From: Delftia acidovorans NBRC 14950
Lineage (GTDB): Bacteria; Pseudomonadota; Gammaproteobacteria; Burkholderiales; Burkholderiaceae_C
Assembly: GCF_001598795.1 (NCBI RefSeq)
Contig: NZ_BCZP01000022.1
Coordinates: 61,096 to 93,095 of the forward strand
Length of the DNA: 32,000 bases
Reading direction: 5' to 3'
Shown here: positions 1-7,961 of the stretch, one piece after another
Layout: each line of letters begins with the position of its first letter
How positions within the stretch are numbered: the stretch's first letter is position 1
Made by a program: the position numbers and the translations under genes
The notes under the pieces: model-generated
What the model was told of the DNA's origin: nothing
The model's database searches: none
What the model saw: the letters and a program-made list of their open reading frames with translations, nothing else

Positions 1-3
1 AAC

Positions 4-20
4 CATGGGTGTCTCCTCCT
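4..20 (-). promoter_or_regulatory. Shine-Dalgarno plus ATG of a leftward gene whose body lies outside the window
   Basis: The reverse complement of 1-25 reads acaaaAGGAGGagacacccATGgtt. Only two codons fall inside the window, so no product call is possible. Confidence 0.4.
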
Positions 21-87
21 TTTGTCTTGTGTCGGAAAAACATGCCCGGCACGCACGCCGGGCACGGCTGCATGGTTGGCCAGATAG

Positions 88-99
88 ATTATTAATAAT
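88..99. promoter_or_regulatory. Perfect 12-bp AT palindrome ATTATTAATAAT in a divergent promoter region; candidate operator
   Basis: The self-complementary 12-mer was read directly. It sits in an AT-rich island (about 80-125) between the leftward gene start and the dehydratase gene. GATAA repeats follow at 106-120. Confidence 0.3.
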
Positions 100-209
100 A
101 TAGGTGATAACGACGATAATAATCCGCGGCATCCGCCGCTATCCTGCCCCTCGACAAGGCAGCGCCTGCCTTCCGACCCCGCCCAGACCCTCTGCAAAGC
201 ACCCCACCC

Positions 210-1988
210 ATGACCGACCCCAAGACTCCCGATGGCGCTCCAGGCCATGACATCGCCCCCGCCGATGCGGCCACGGGCATCTCCAAGGGCCTGACCAACT
301 ACGGCGACCGGGGCTTTTCGCTGTTCCTGCGCAAGGCCTTCATCAAGGGCGCGGGCTATACGGACTCGGCGCTGCAGCGCCCCGTCATCGGCATTGCCAA
401 CACGGGCAGCAGCTACAACCCCTGCCACGGCAACGCGCCCCAGCTGATCGAGGCCGTCAAGCGCGGCGTCATGCTGGCAGGCGGCCTGCCCATGGACTTC
501 CCCACCATTTCGGTGCACGAAAGCTTCTCGGCGCCGACCAGCATGTACCTGCGCAACCTCATGTCCATGGACACCGAGGAGATGATCCGCGCCCAGCCCA
601 TGGATGCCGTCGTGCTCATCGGCGGCTGCGACAAGACGGTGCCGGCCCAGTTGATGGGCGCGGCCTCGGCGGGCATCCCGGCCATCCAGCTGATCACCGG
701 GTCGATGCTCACCGGCTCGCACCGCAGCGAGCGCGTGGGCGCCTGCACCGATTGCCGCCGCTACTGGGGCAAGTTCCGCGCCGAAGAGATCGACGCCGAA
801 GAGATCGCCGACGTGAACAACCAGCTGGTGGCCAGCGTGGGCACCTGCTCGGTCATGGGCACGGCCAGCACCATGGCCTGCATTGCCGAGGCGCTGGGCA
901 TGACCGTGCCCGGCGGCGCCTCGCCCCCCGCCGTCACGGCCGATCGGATCCGCATCGCCGAGCAGACCGGCACCGAGGCCGTGCGCATGGCGCGCGAGCG
1001 CCTGACCATCGACAAAATCCTCACGCCCGCCGCCTTCGAGAACGCCATGCGCGTGCTGCTGGCCATCGGCGGCTCCACCAACGGCATCGTGCACCTGGCC
1101 GCCATCGCGGGGCGCATGGGCTATGACATCGACCTCAAGGCCATGGATCGCATGGGCCGCGACACGCCCGTGCTGCTGGACCTCAAGCCCTCGGGCGACC
1201 ACTACATGGAGGACTTCCACCACGCGGGCGGCATGGCCACGCTGCTGCGCGAGCTCAAGCCCCTGCTGAACCTGGACGCCCTCACCGTCACCGGCCGCAC
1301 GCTGGGCGAAGAGATCGACCGCGCCGGCCCCGGCTTTGCGCAGGACGTGGTGCGCCCGCGCTCCAACCCCATCTACCCGCAGGGCGGCATCGCCGTGCTG
1401 CAGGGCAACCTGGCGCCGGGCGGCGCCATCATCAAGCAGTCGGCCGCCCATCCCCGGCTCATGGAGCACGAAGGCCGCGCCGTGGTCTTCGAGAACGCGG
1501 CCGACCTGGCCCACCGCATCGACAGCGACGATCTGGACGTGACGGCCGACGACATCCTCGTGCTCAAGAACATCGGCCCCAAGGGCGCGCCCGGCATGCC
1601 CGAGGCGGGCTACATCCCCATCCCGCGCAAGCTGGCCCGCGCGGGCATCAAGGACATCGTGCGCATCTCCGACGGGCGCATGAGCGGCACGGCCTTCGGC
1701 ACCATCGTGCTGCATGTCACGCCGGAGTCGGCCGTGGGCGGCCCGCTCGCCCATGTGCACAACGGCGACCGCATCACGCTGTCGGTGGCGCGGCGCGAGC
1801 TCACGCTGCAGGTCAGCGACGAGGAACTGGCCCGCCGCGCCCGGCTCCACCCGGTGACCGAGCCCACGGCCGAACGCGGCTACCGCAAGCTCTTTCTCAC
1901 CACCGTGAACCAGGCCGACCAGGGCGTGGACTTCGACTTCCTGCGCTGCGCGACCGAACGCGGCACCATTCCCGGCCCGCGCGAATAG
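210..1988 (+). CDS. IlvD/Edd family dehydratase (sugar-acid or dihydroxy-acid dehydratase type)
   Basis: 592-aa ORF with family hallmarks: PVIGIANTGSSYNPCH, GGCDKTVPAQLMG, GTCSVMGTASTM, GGSTNGIVHL and ISDGRMSGTA. The linked GntR regulator suggests sugar-acid catabolism rather than ilvD proper. Confidence 0.93.
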   Translation: MTDPKTPDGAPGHDIAPADAATGISKGLTNYGDRGFSLFLRKAFIKGAGYTDSALQRPVIGIANTGSSYNPCHGNAPQLIEAVKRGVMLAGGLPMDFPTISVHESFSAPTSMYLRNLMSMDTEEMIRAQPMDAVVLIGGCDKTVPAQLMGAASAGIPAIQLITGSMLTGSHRSERVGACTDCRRYWGKFRAEEIDAEEIADVNNQLVASVGTCSVMGTASTMACIAEALGMTVPGGASPPAVTADRIRIAEQTGTEAVRMARERLTIDKILTPAAFENAMRVLLAIGGSTNGIVHLAAIAGRMGYDIDLKAMDRMGRDTPVLLDLKPSGDHYMEDFHHAGGMATLLRELKPLLNLDALTVTGRTLGEEIDRAGPGFAQDVVRPRSNPIYPQGGIAVLQGNLAPGGAIIKQSAAHPRLMEHEGRAVVFENAADLAHRIDSDDLDVTADDILVLKNIGPKGAPGMPEAGYIPIPRKLARAGIKDIVRISDGRMSGTAFGTIVLHVTPESAVGGPLAHVHNGDRITLSVARRELTLQVSDEELARRARLHPVTEPTAERGYRKLFLTTVNQADQGVDFDFLRCATERGTIPGPRE

Positions 1989-1991
1989 TCC

Positions 1992-2771
1992 ATGCCAGGC
2001 AGCGCGGCACGCCCGCCATGCCCAGTGAAGGCCATCAGTTCGGACAAAATGGCGTTTTTGTCCCAACCGCCTGTCTTGATGGTCGCTGCCGCCTCACTGC
2101 CGATTTCCCTGGATGCCGAACCCGCCCCCGCAGCCGACGCCCTGGGCGCCATGGTGGCCGCGCTGGAAGAGGACGTGGTCTTCGGCCGGCTGCACCCGCG
2201 CGAGCGCCTGGTTGAAGACGACCTCATGGCCCGATTCGACGTCAAGCGCCACATCGCCCGCGAGGCCCTGGCCGCGCTGGACCGCATGGGCCTCATCGAG
2301 CGCCGCAAGAACGTCGGCGCCCTGGTGCGCTCCTTCTCCACCCAGGAAGTGCAGGAGCTGTACGAGCTGCGCGGCATGCTCGAAGTCGAGGCCGCGCGCA
2401 AGATCCCCCTGCCCGTTCCCCCCGAAAGCCTGGACCGCCTGACCGCCATCCAGCAGCAGCACGACGCCGCCGTGGCCGAAGGCAACGCGCGCCTGGTGTT
2501 CCGCATCAACCTGGCCTTTCACCAGGAACTGTTTGCGCTGGCGGGCAACGACACGCTGCACAAGGCCATCACCGAATACGCGCGCCAGACCCACCCCATC
2601 CGCTTCGCCTCCCTGGTCTCGGCCGACTACCGCGAGCGCGCGCGCCAGGAACACTGGCAAATGATCGAAGCCCTGCGCGCCCAGGACCGCGACGCACTGG
2701 TGCGCCTGTGCGCCGAGCACCTGCTGCCCTCACGCGATGCGTATCTGAATGCGCAGTTGCAGCGGTTGTAG
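1992..2771 (+). CDS. GntR family transcriptional regulator (FadR/FCD subfamily)
   Basis: Winged-HTH segment RLVEDDLMARFDVKRHIAREALAALDRMGLIERRKNVGALV followed by a helical FCD-like C-terminus. The start is uncertain: in-frame ATGs at 1992, 2049, 2079 and 2151 are all possible. Confidence 0.82.
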   Translation: MPGSAARPPCPVKAISSDKMAFLSQPPVLMVAAASLPISLDAEPAPAADALGAMVAALEEDVVFGRLHPRERLVEDDLMARFDVKRHIAREALAALDRMGLIERRKNVGALVRSFSTQEVQELYELRGMLEVEAARKIPLPVPPESLDRLTAIQQQHDAAVAEGNARLVFRINLAFHQELFALAGNDTLHKAITEYARQTHPIRFASLVSADYRERARQEHWQMIEALRAQDRDALVRLCAEHLLPSRDAYLNAQLQRL

Positions 2772-2805
2772 GTGAAGTCCTTAGCTGGGCGGGCAGTGCA
2801 GCCCC

Positions 2806-3639
2806 TCAGTCCCGAGCCGCCCCCAACCTCCCCCGGTACGCCGCAGGCGTCTCCCCGAACGTGCGCCGGAACAGCCCGATGAAGGCGCTGGCCGTGGCGT
2901 AGCCCAGGTCCAGCGCGATGTTCGTTACCGGCGCGCCGGCGGCCAGCATCTCCAGCGAGCGCATCAGCCGTGCGCGCTGGCGCCAGGCGGTGAAGCTGAA
3001 GCCGGTTTCCGAGACAAAGCGCCGGCTCAGCGTGCGCGAGCTGACCGCTGCCCAGCGCGCCCAGGCCTCCAGGTCGCGGGCATCGGCCGGGTCGGCGATC
3101 AGCGCGCGGGCGATGCGCTGCAGGCGCGGGTCGGCGGGCAGGGGCAGGCCCAGGGGCTCCACGGGCAGGGTGCGGATCTCGTCCAGGATCACCGCCATCA
3201 CATGGGCGCGGGCCTGGTCCGCCGAAGGGCCTGGTTGCACGGGCTGCGTTGTGGGCACGCCTTGCTGCCATCCCCAGCCGGCGGCGCGCAGCACGGCCTC
3301 ACGCAGCAGGCCCGAGGTGCGGATGGCGCAGGGCCGCTGCGGCAGGTCGGCGCAGGCCGGCTCCGCCACATAGACGCTCCAGCCGTGGAAGGGACCATGT
3401 GAGCGGCCCGAATGCAGCTGGTGCGGCGGCAGCCACACGGCATGGATGGCGGGCACCACCCAGACCGCGTCTTCCACGCCCACCGACAGCAGCCCGCGCA
3501 GCGAGCCGAACAGCTGGCCGCGCGCGTGGCGGTGCGGCTCGGAGGCCAGTTCCTCGTCCTGGTTGCCCACGGCCGCGATCAGCACGGGGCCATCGGCACG
3601 GTTCACATGGCTGACGAGTTCAAGAATGGCGTCGGGCAT
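2806..3639 (-). CDS. AraC family transcriptional regulator with N-terminal cupin-like sensor domain
   Basis: 277 aa. The C-terminal double HTH reads SSRTLSRRFVSETGFSFTAWRQRARLMRSLEMLAAGAPVTNIALDLGYATASAFIGLFRRTFGETPAAY. The N-terminus carries the HRHARGQL cupin-like motif. Confidence 0.9.
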   Translation of the reverse strand: MPDAILELVSHVNRADGPVLIAAVGNQDEELASEPHRHARGQLFGSLRGLLSVGVEDAVWVVPAIHAVWLPPHQLHSGRSHGPFHGWSVYVAEPACADLPQRPCAIRTSGLLREAVLRAAGWGWQQGVPTTQPVQPGPSADQARAHVMAVILDEIRTLPVEPLGLPLPADPRLQRIARALIADPADARDLEAWARWAAVSSRTLSRRFVSETGFSFTAWRQRARLMRSLEMLAAGAPVTNIALDLGYATASAFIGLFRRTFGETPAAYRGRLGAARD

Positions 3640-3709
3640 GGCGTCTTTGAGCTATTTGTTGGCTGATCCAGTCTACAGCCGCCAACGTCTTTGTTCTTAC
3701 GCTTGTGCC

Positions 3710-4372
3710 ATGCACACAGACAACACCGCCCTTGCAGAGCCGCCAGGCCCGGCCATCGACCTGGACTCGCTCTACGCCGCCCCGGCAGAAAGAATCCAGA
3801 AGGCCGTGCGCGACCGCCTGTCCGACTTCCACGAGGCCTATCTGCGCCAGGCCAGCTTCTTTTGCCTGGCCACGGCCGGCGAACGCGGCCTGGATGCCTC
3901 GCCGCGCGGCGGGCCGCCCGGCTTTGTGCAGGTGCTGGACGAGCGCACCGTGGCCTTTGCCGACTGGCCCGGCAACAACCGCATCGAATCCCTGCGCAAC
4001 CTGCAGGCCGATGACCGCCTGGCCATGCTCTTCCTGTTCCCGGGGCTGGACATCTTCCTGCGCATCAACGGACGCGGCCGCATCTCCACCGACCCCCATC
4101 TGCTGCAGGAGCTGAGCGAAGGCCGGGGCACGCCCAAGACCGCCACCGTGGTGCTGGTCGACGAGGTGCTGCTGCACTGCGGCAAAGCCATCCACCGCTC
4201 CGGCCTGTGGAACCCGTCAAGCCAGCTGGACCGCACCGCCCTGCCCACCGTGGGCCAGATGATGGCCGCCCTCACGCAGCTGGCCGATGCCACGGCGCCC
4301 GCCATGGATGCCGCCCAACAGGAGCAGGCCAACGCCCACTACGCCCATGCGGTCAGGCACGACCTGTACTGA
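3710..4372 (+). CDS. Pyridoxamine 5'-phosphate oxidase (PPOX) class FMN-binding flavoprotein
   Basis: The tracked ORF 3446-4372 overlaps the AraC gene. The internal ATG at 3710 (MHTDNTAL...) leaves a 70-bp divergent intergenic region. The body FFCLATAGERGLDASPRGGPPGFVQVLDERTVAFADWPGNNRIESLRNL...FLRINGRG is typical of PPOX-type split-barrel proteins. Confidence 0.78.
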   Translation: MHTDNTALAEPPGPAIDLDSLYAAPAERIQKAVRDRLSDFHEAYLRQASFFCLATAGERGLDASPRGGPPGFVQVLDERTVAFADWPGNNRIESLRNLQADDRLAMLFLFPGLDIFLRINGRGRISTDPHLLQELSEGRGTPKTATVVLVDEVLLHCGKAIHRSGLWNPSSQLDRTALPTVGQMMAALTQLADATAPAMDAAQQEQANAHYAHAVRHDLY

Positions 4373-4400
4373 TGCCCTGCTTTTTCCCAGGAACCAGGAC

Positions 4401-4805
4401 ATGCTGATCGATACCTCCCGCTTTCCCCTGGTCTACCTGCGCGAACCCGAAGCGCAGGCACCTGCAGACGCAGGCAACGGCAATGACGCATCGGCCGAAG
4501 CCCAGATCGAATCCCTGCTCGACCAGGGCCGGCAATTCGTGCTGCTCACCGATCACCTGCCCGGCGACCACCCCGAGGAAAGCCACGAAGAACGCAAGCA
4601 GCGCGCCCTGTTCTTCAAGCGCAACCGCGAACGCATGCGCCAGCTGTGCCGGGGCATGGTCGTCATCACGGGCGACCGCGCCGTGCCCACCGCCCTGCGC
4701 CTGGCCGTGCAAGGCATGGGCAAGGCGCTGGGCATGCGGGTTGCGTTCGTGCAGGGGGAGGATGAGGCGCAGGCGTGCTCGCGGGAGCTGCTTGGACAGG
4801 CGTGA
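4401..4805 (+). CDS. Hypothetical protein (134 aa)
   Basis: In-frame ATG at 4401 (MLIDTSRFPLVYLR...), 28 nt after the PPOX stop. Third codon positions are G/C-rich. No family recognised. Confidence 0.55.
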   Translation: MLIDTSRFPLVYLREPEAQAPADAGNGNDASAEAQIESLLDQGRQFVLLTDHLPGDHPEESHEERKQRALFFKRNRERMRQLCRGMVVITGDRAVPTALRLAVQGMGKALGMRVAFVQGEDEAQACSRELLGQA

Positions 4806-4882
4806 ACGCAGGCCAGGCGGAATGTGGGCACAAACAGACACATCTCCCTACAAGCTCCATACGGGGGAGTCGCATCGATAAA

Positions 4883-4901
4883 ATTATTGGGAATCATTCT
4901 C
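4883..4901. promoter_or_regulatory. Fur-box-like sequence upstream of the TonB-dependent receptor
   Basis: attattgggaatcattctc matches the 19-bp Fur consensus GATAATGATAATCATTATC at 13 of 19 positions by my hand alignment. It lies in an AT-rich patch and ends 15 nt before the receptor ATG. Confidence 0.35.
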
Positions 4902-4915
4902 ATCCAGTTTTCTCC

Positions 4916-7156
4916 ATGCACTCCCCCCTCCACACGCTGACCCCGATCGCCGGGGCCCTGGCCCTTCTTTTGTCTGCTGGCGCCGCATGGGCCCAGCCTG
5001 CCCCTTCCACGGCAACGGCCGCGCCCGAGCTGGGCACCGTCACCGTGGAGGCCAGCGCCGATGCGTCGGCTGAAGGCCTGTCCAGGCCCTACGCGGGCGG
5101 CCAGGTGGCGCGCGGCGGGCGGGCCGGGATTCTGGGCACGCGCGACAACATGGAGACGCCGTTCTCCATCACCAGCTACACCAACGAGCTGATCCAGGAC
5201 CGCCAGGCCAAGAGCGTGGGCGATGTGCTGCAGAACGATCCTTCCGTGCGCGTGGCGCGCGGCTTCGGCAATTTCCAGGAGTCCTACTTCGTGCGCGGCT
5301 TCGTGCTGGGCTCGGACGACGTGGCCTACAACGGCCTGTACGCCCTGCTGCCGCGCCAGTACATCGCCACCGAGCTGTTCGAGCGCGTGGAGCTGCTGCG
5401 CGGCGCATCGGCTTTTCTGATGGGCGCCAGCCCCAATGGCGGCGGGCTGGGCGGCAACATCAACCTGCTGCCCAAGCGCGCGGGCACTGATCCGCTGTCG
5501 CGCGTGACGGCAGGCATTGCCAGCGGCGGCCAGGCCTTCGTGGCGGCCGACGTGAGCCGGCGCTTCGGCCCCGACCAGGCCACGGGCATCCGCCTGAACG
5601 CTGCGCACCGGGGCGGCGATACGGCCATCGACCAGGAAAGCTCCAAGCTCGATCTGTTGTCCGTGGGCATGGACTGGCGCAGCCGCAATGTGCGCCTGTC
5701 GGGCGACATCGGCTGGCAGGACAACCGCCTCAAGCGCACGCGCACCAATGTCACGCCGGGCGCAGGGCTGGCGGCCATTCCTGCGGCGCCCGATGCTTCC
5801 TCCAACTGGGCCCAGCCCTGGACCTATTCCGACGAGCGCGACCTGTTCGGCACGCTGCGCGGCGAATGGGACATCAACAGCAACGTGACGGCCTGGGCCG
5901 CCTACGGCCTGCGCCGCAGCTCCGAGAACAACTCGCTGGCCAACATCACGCTGGCGGCGGCCGGCAATGGCGCGGCCACCACCAGCCGCTTCGACAACGC
6001 CCGCAAGGACCGCGTGAGCACGGGCGAGCTGGGCGTGCGCGCACGCCTGCAGACGGGCGATGTGGGCCATGAGATCGTCGCCAGCTATTCGGCCTTCGAC
6101 CTCAAGGTCTACAACGCCTATGGCATGAGCACCGGCGGGGGCAGCAACACGCTGGCCACCAATCTCTACGACCCGCGCTACTACGCGATCACGCCGCTCA
6201 ACTACCTGGGCAACGACCTGTCCAACCCCGCCTACAACCGGGGCACGCGCCTGAACAGCTTTGCGCTGGGCGACACGCTGTCGCTGATGGACGGCCGCAT
6301 GCTGGTGACGGCCGGCGTGCGCCGCCAGACGATAGAGACCGACTCGGTGAGCTACCGCCTCGTCAGCAACGGCGCCGTCACCAGCCAGGGCGGCGTGCGC
6401 ACGGCCTATGACCAGAGCCGCACCAGCCCGGTGCTGGGCGCGGTGTTCAAGCTCACGCCCCAGGTATCGCTGTACGGCAACTACATCGAGGGACTGGCCC
6501 AGGGCGACACGGCGCCGGCCAAGTCGGGCGACACCATCATCGCCAACGCGGGCCAGCAGATGTCGCCCTACGTGACCAAGCAAAAGGAAGTGGGCATCAA
6601 GTACGACGGCGGCAAGCTGGGCGGCGGCCTGGCCTTCTTCTCCACCGACAAGCCGCGCTCGCTGATCGACGGCAACCTCTTCACCTCGGCCGGCAAGGAC
6701 CGTCACCAGGGCGTGGAATTCAACGTCTTCGGCGAACCCATGCGCGGCCTGCGCCTGCTGGGCGGCGCCACCTGGCTGGACGCCAGGCAGCAAAGCACGG
6801 GCCGCGCCACCACCGACGGCAAGCGCGTCATCGGCGTGCCGCGCTTCCAGGCCACGGCGGGCGTGGAATGGGATGTGCCGGGCATCAACGGCCTGGCGCT
6901 GGACGGCCGCCTGGTGCACACAGGCGCCAGCTACGCCAACGACGTCAACACCCTGCGGGTGGCCGGATGGAACCGCCTGGACCTGGGCGTGCGCTACATG
7001 ACCGAAGTGCAGGGCAAGCTGCTCACGCTGCGCCTGCGCGTGGACAACGCGACGGACCGCAACTACTGGGCCTCCGTGGGCGGCTACCCGGGTTCGGGCT
7101 ACCTGACGGTGGGCGGTCCGCGCACGTTCTCGCTGAGTGCGAGTGTGGATTTCTAA
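4916..7156 (+). CDS. TonB-dependent (siderophore-type) outer-membrane receptor
   Basis: Start taken at MHSPLHTLTPIAGALALLLSAGAAWAQ (signal peptide). It has a TonB-box-like GTVTVEA, the plug motif ETPFSITSYTNELIQDRQAKSVGDVLQNDPSV, beta-barrel repeats and a C-terminal aromatic residue (SASVDF). There is no N-terminal signalling (STN) extension. Confidence 0.93.
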   Translation: MHSPLHTLTPIAGALALLLSAGAAWAQPAPSTATAAPELGTVTVEASADASAEGLSRPYAGGQVARGGRAGILGTRDNMETPFSITSYTNELIQDRQAKSVGDVLQNDPSVRVARGFGNFQESYFVRGFVLGSDDVAYNGLYALLPRQYIATELFERVELLRGASAFLMGASPNGGGLGGNINLLPKRAGTDPLSRVTAGIASGGQAFVAADVSRRFGPDQATGIRLNAAHRGGDTAIDQESSKLDLLSVGMDWRSRNVRLSGDIGWQDNRLKRTRTNVTPGAGLAAIPAAPDASSNWAQPWTYSDERDLFGTLRGEWDINSNVTAWAAYGLRRSSENNSLANITLAAAGNGAATTSRFDNARKDRVSTGELGVRARLQTGDVGHEIVASYSAFDLKVYNAYGMSTGGGSNTLATNLYDPRYYAITPLNYLGNDLSNPAYNRGTRLNSFALGDTLSLMDGRMLVTAGVRRQTIETDSVSYRLVSNGAVTSQGGVRTAYDQSRTSPVLGAVFKLTPQVSLYGNYIEGLAQGDTAPAKSGDTIIANAGQQMSPYVTKQKEVGIKYDGGKLGGGLAFFSTDKPRSLIDGNLFTSAGKDRHQGVEFNVFGEPMRGLRLLGGATWLDARQQSTGRATTDGKRVIGVPRFQATAGVEWDVPGINGLALDGRLVHTGASYANDVNTLRVAGWNRLDLGVRYMTEVQGKLLTLRLRVDNATDRNYWASVGGYPGSGYLTVGGPRTFSLSASVDF

Positions 7157-7161
7157 TGGCA

Positions 7162-7193
7162 TGCGTGCATGGCCAGACGATGCCATGCACGCA
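7162..7193. terminator. Stem-loop between convergent genes (12-bp perfect stem, 8-nt loop); candidate bidirectional terminator
   Basis: tgcgtgcatggc (7162-7173) pairs perfectly with gccatgcacgca (7182-7193). It lies 6 nt after the receptor stop. No clear U-tract follows. Confidence 0.4.
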
Positions 7194-7333
7194 CGTGACT
7201 GCCTATCGGGAGTTGGCGAGCGCCTCGCAAGCCTCACTGGCTGCGTTCGTGATGTTTGCCATGTTCACGTGGCACGAACATCAGGAAAAAGCGAACAAAG
7301 CCGGAATACCAGGCTTCAGGCCGCAGCCCGCCC

Positions 7334-7846
7334 TCAAGTCTCGCGCGGCTTGGTATCCGGCTCCGCGTCCGCCTGCGGGGGCGGCGCACTGACCACGTGC
7401 GGCAGCATCACGAGGATGACGATGGCCAGCAGCGTGGCCAGCAGCGCGATGGCTTCGCGCCCCAGGCCGCAGGCCACGCCGATGGCGGCCGTCATCCAGA
7501 TGCCGGCGGCGGTGGTCAGGCCCTGCACCTGCTCCTCGGTGTGGCGTTTGATGATGGCGCCTGCGCCCAGGAAGCCCACGCCGGCCACCACGCCCTGGAT
7601 CACGCGGCTCATGTCGGCAATGCCCATGCCTCCGCGCTCGGGCACCAGCACGAACAGCGCCGCGCCCATGGCCACCAGCATGTGGGTGCGCAGGCCGGCG
7701 GCCTTGCCCTTGTGTTCTCGCTCGTAGCCGACGATGCCGCCCAGCAGGGCCGCCAGCAGCAGGCGCACCATGACGCGCGTGACCTCGGCCGCATCGGGCA
7801 GGCTGGAGAATTCCTCGGCCAGGGTGCTGGTTACTTCCTCCCACAT
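7334..7846 (-). CDS. MgtC/SapB family membrane protein
   Basis: 170 aa with LLAALLGGIVGYEREHKGKAAGLRTHMLVAMGAALF and GLTTAAGIWMTAAIGVACGLG, both typical of the MgtC family. Confidence 0.9.
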   Translation of the reverse strand: MWEEVTSTLAEEFSSLPDAAEVTRVMVRLLLAALLGGIVGYEREHKGKAAGLRTHMLVAMGAALFVLVPERGGMGIADMSRVIQGVVAGVGFLGAGAIIKRHTEEQVQGLTTAAGIWMTAAIGVACGLGREAIALLATLLAIVILVMLPHVVSAPPPQADAEPDTKPRET

Positions 7847-7961
7847 GGCGCGTTCCTTTCCTCGGGTTGTGCGTCAGGACTCAGGAAGCGAGCATGGCGT
7901 GGCGTGCAGCGCGCCCAGGCCATCGCCCTTCGCCATTGCCTGTCAGCCAAGCGCGCCCGGC

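Noticed and set aside
4553-7237. 894-aa ORF on the minus strand opposite the TonB-dependent receptor
   Set aside because: The translation is Arg/Ala/Gly/His-rich junk with no motifs. The plus strand encodes a complete, motif-rich receptor. This is a typical antisense open frame in high-G+C DNA.
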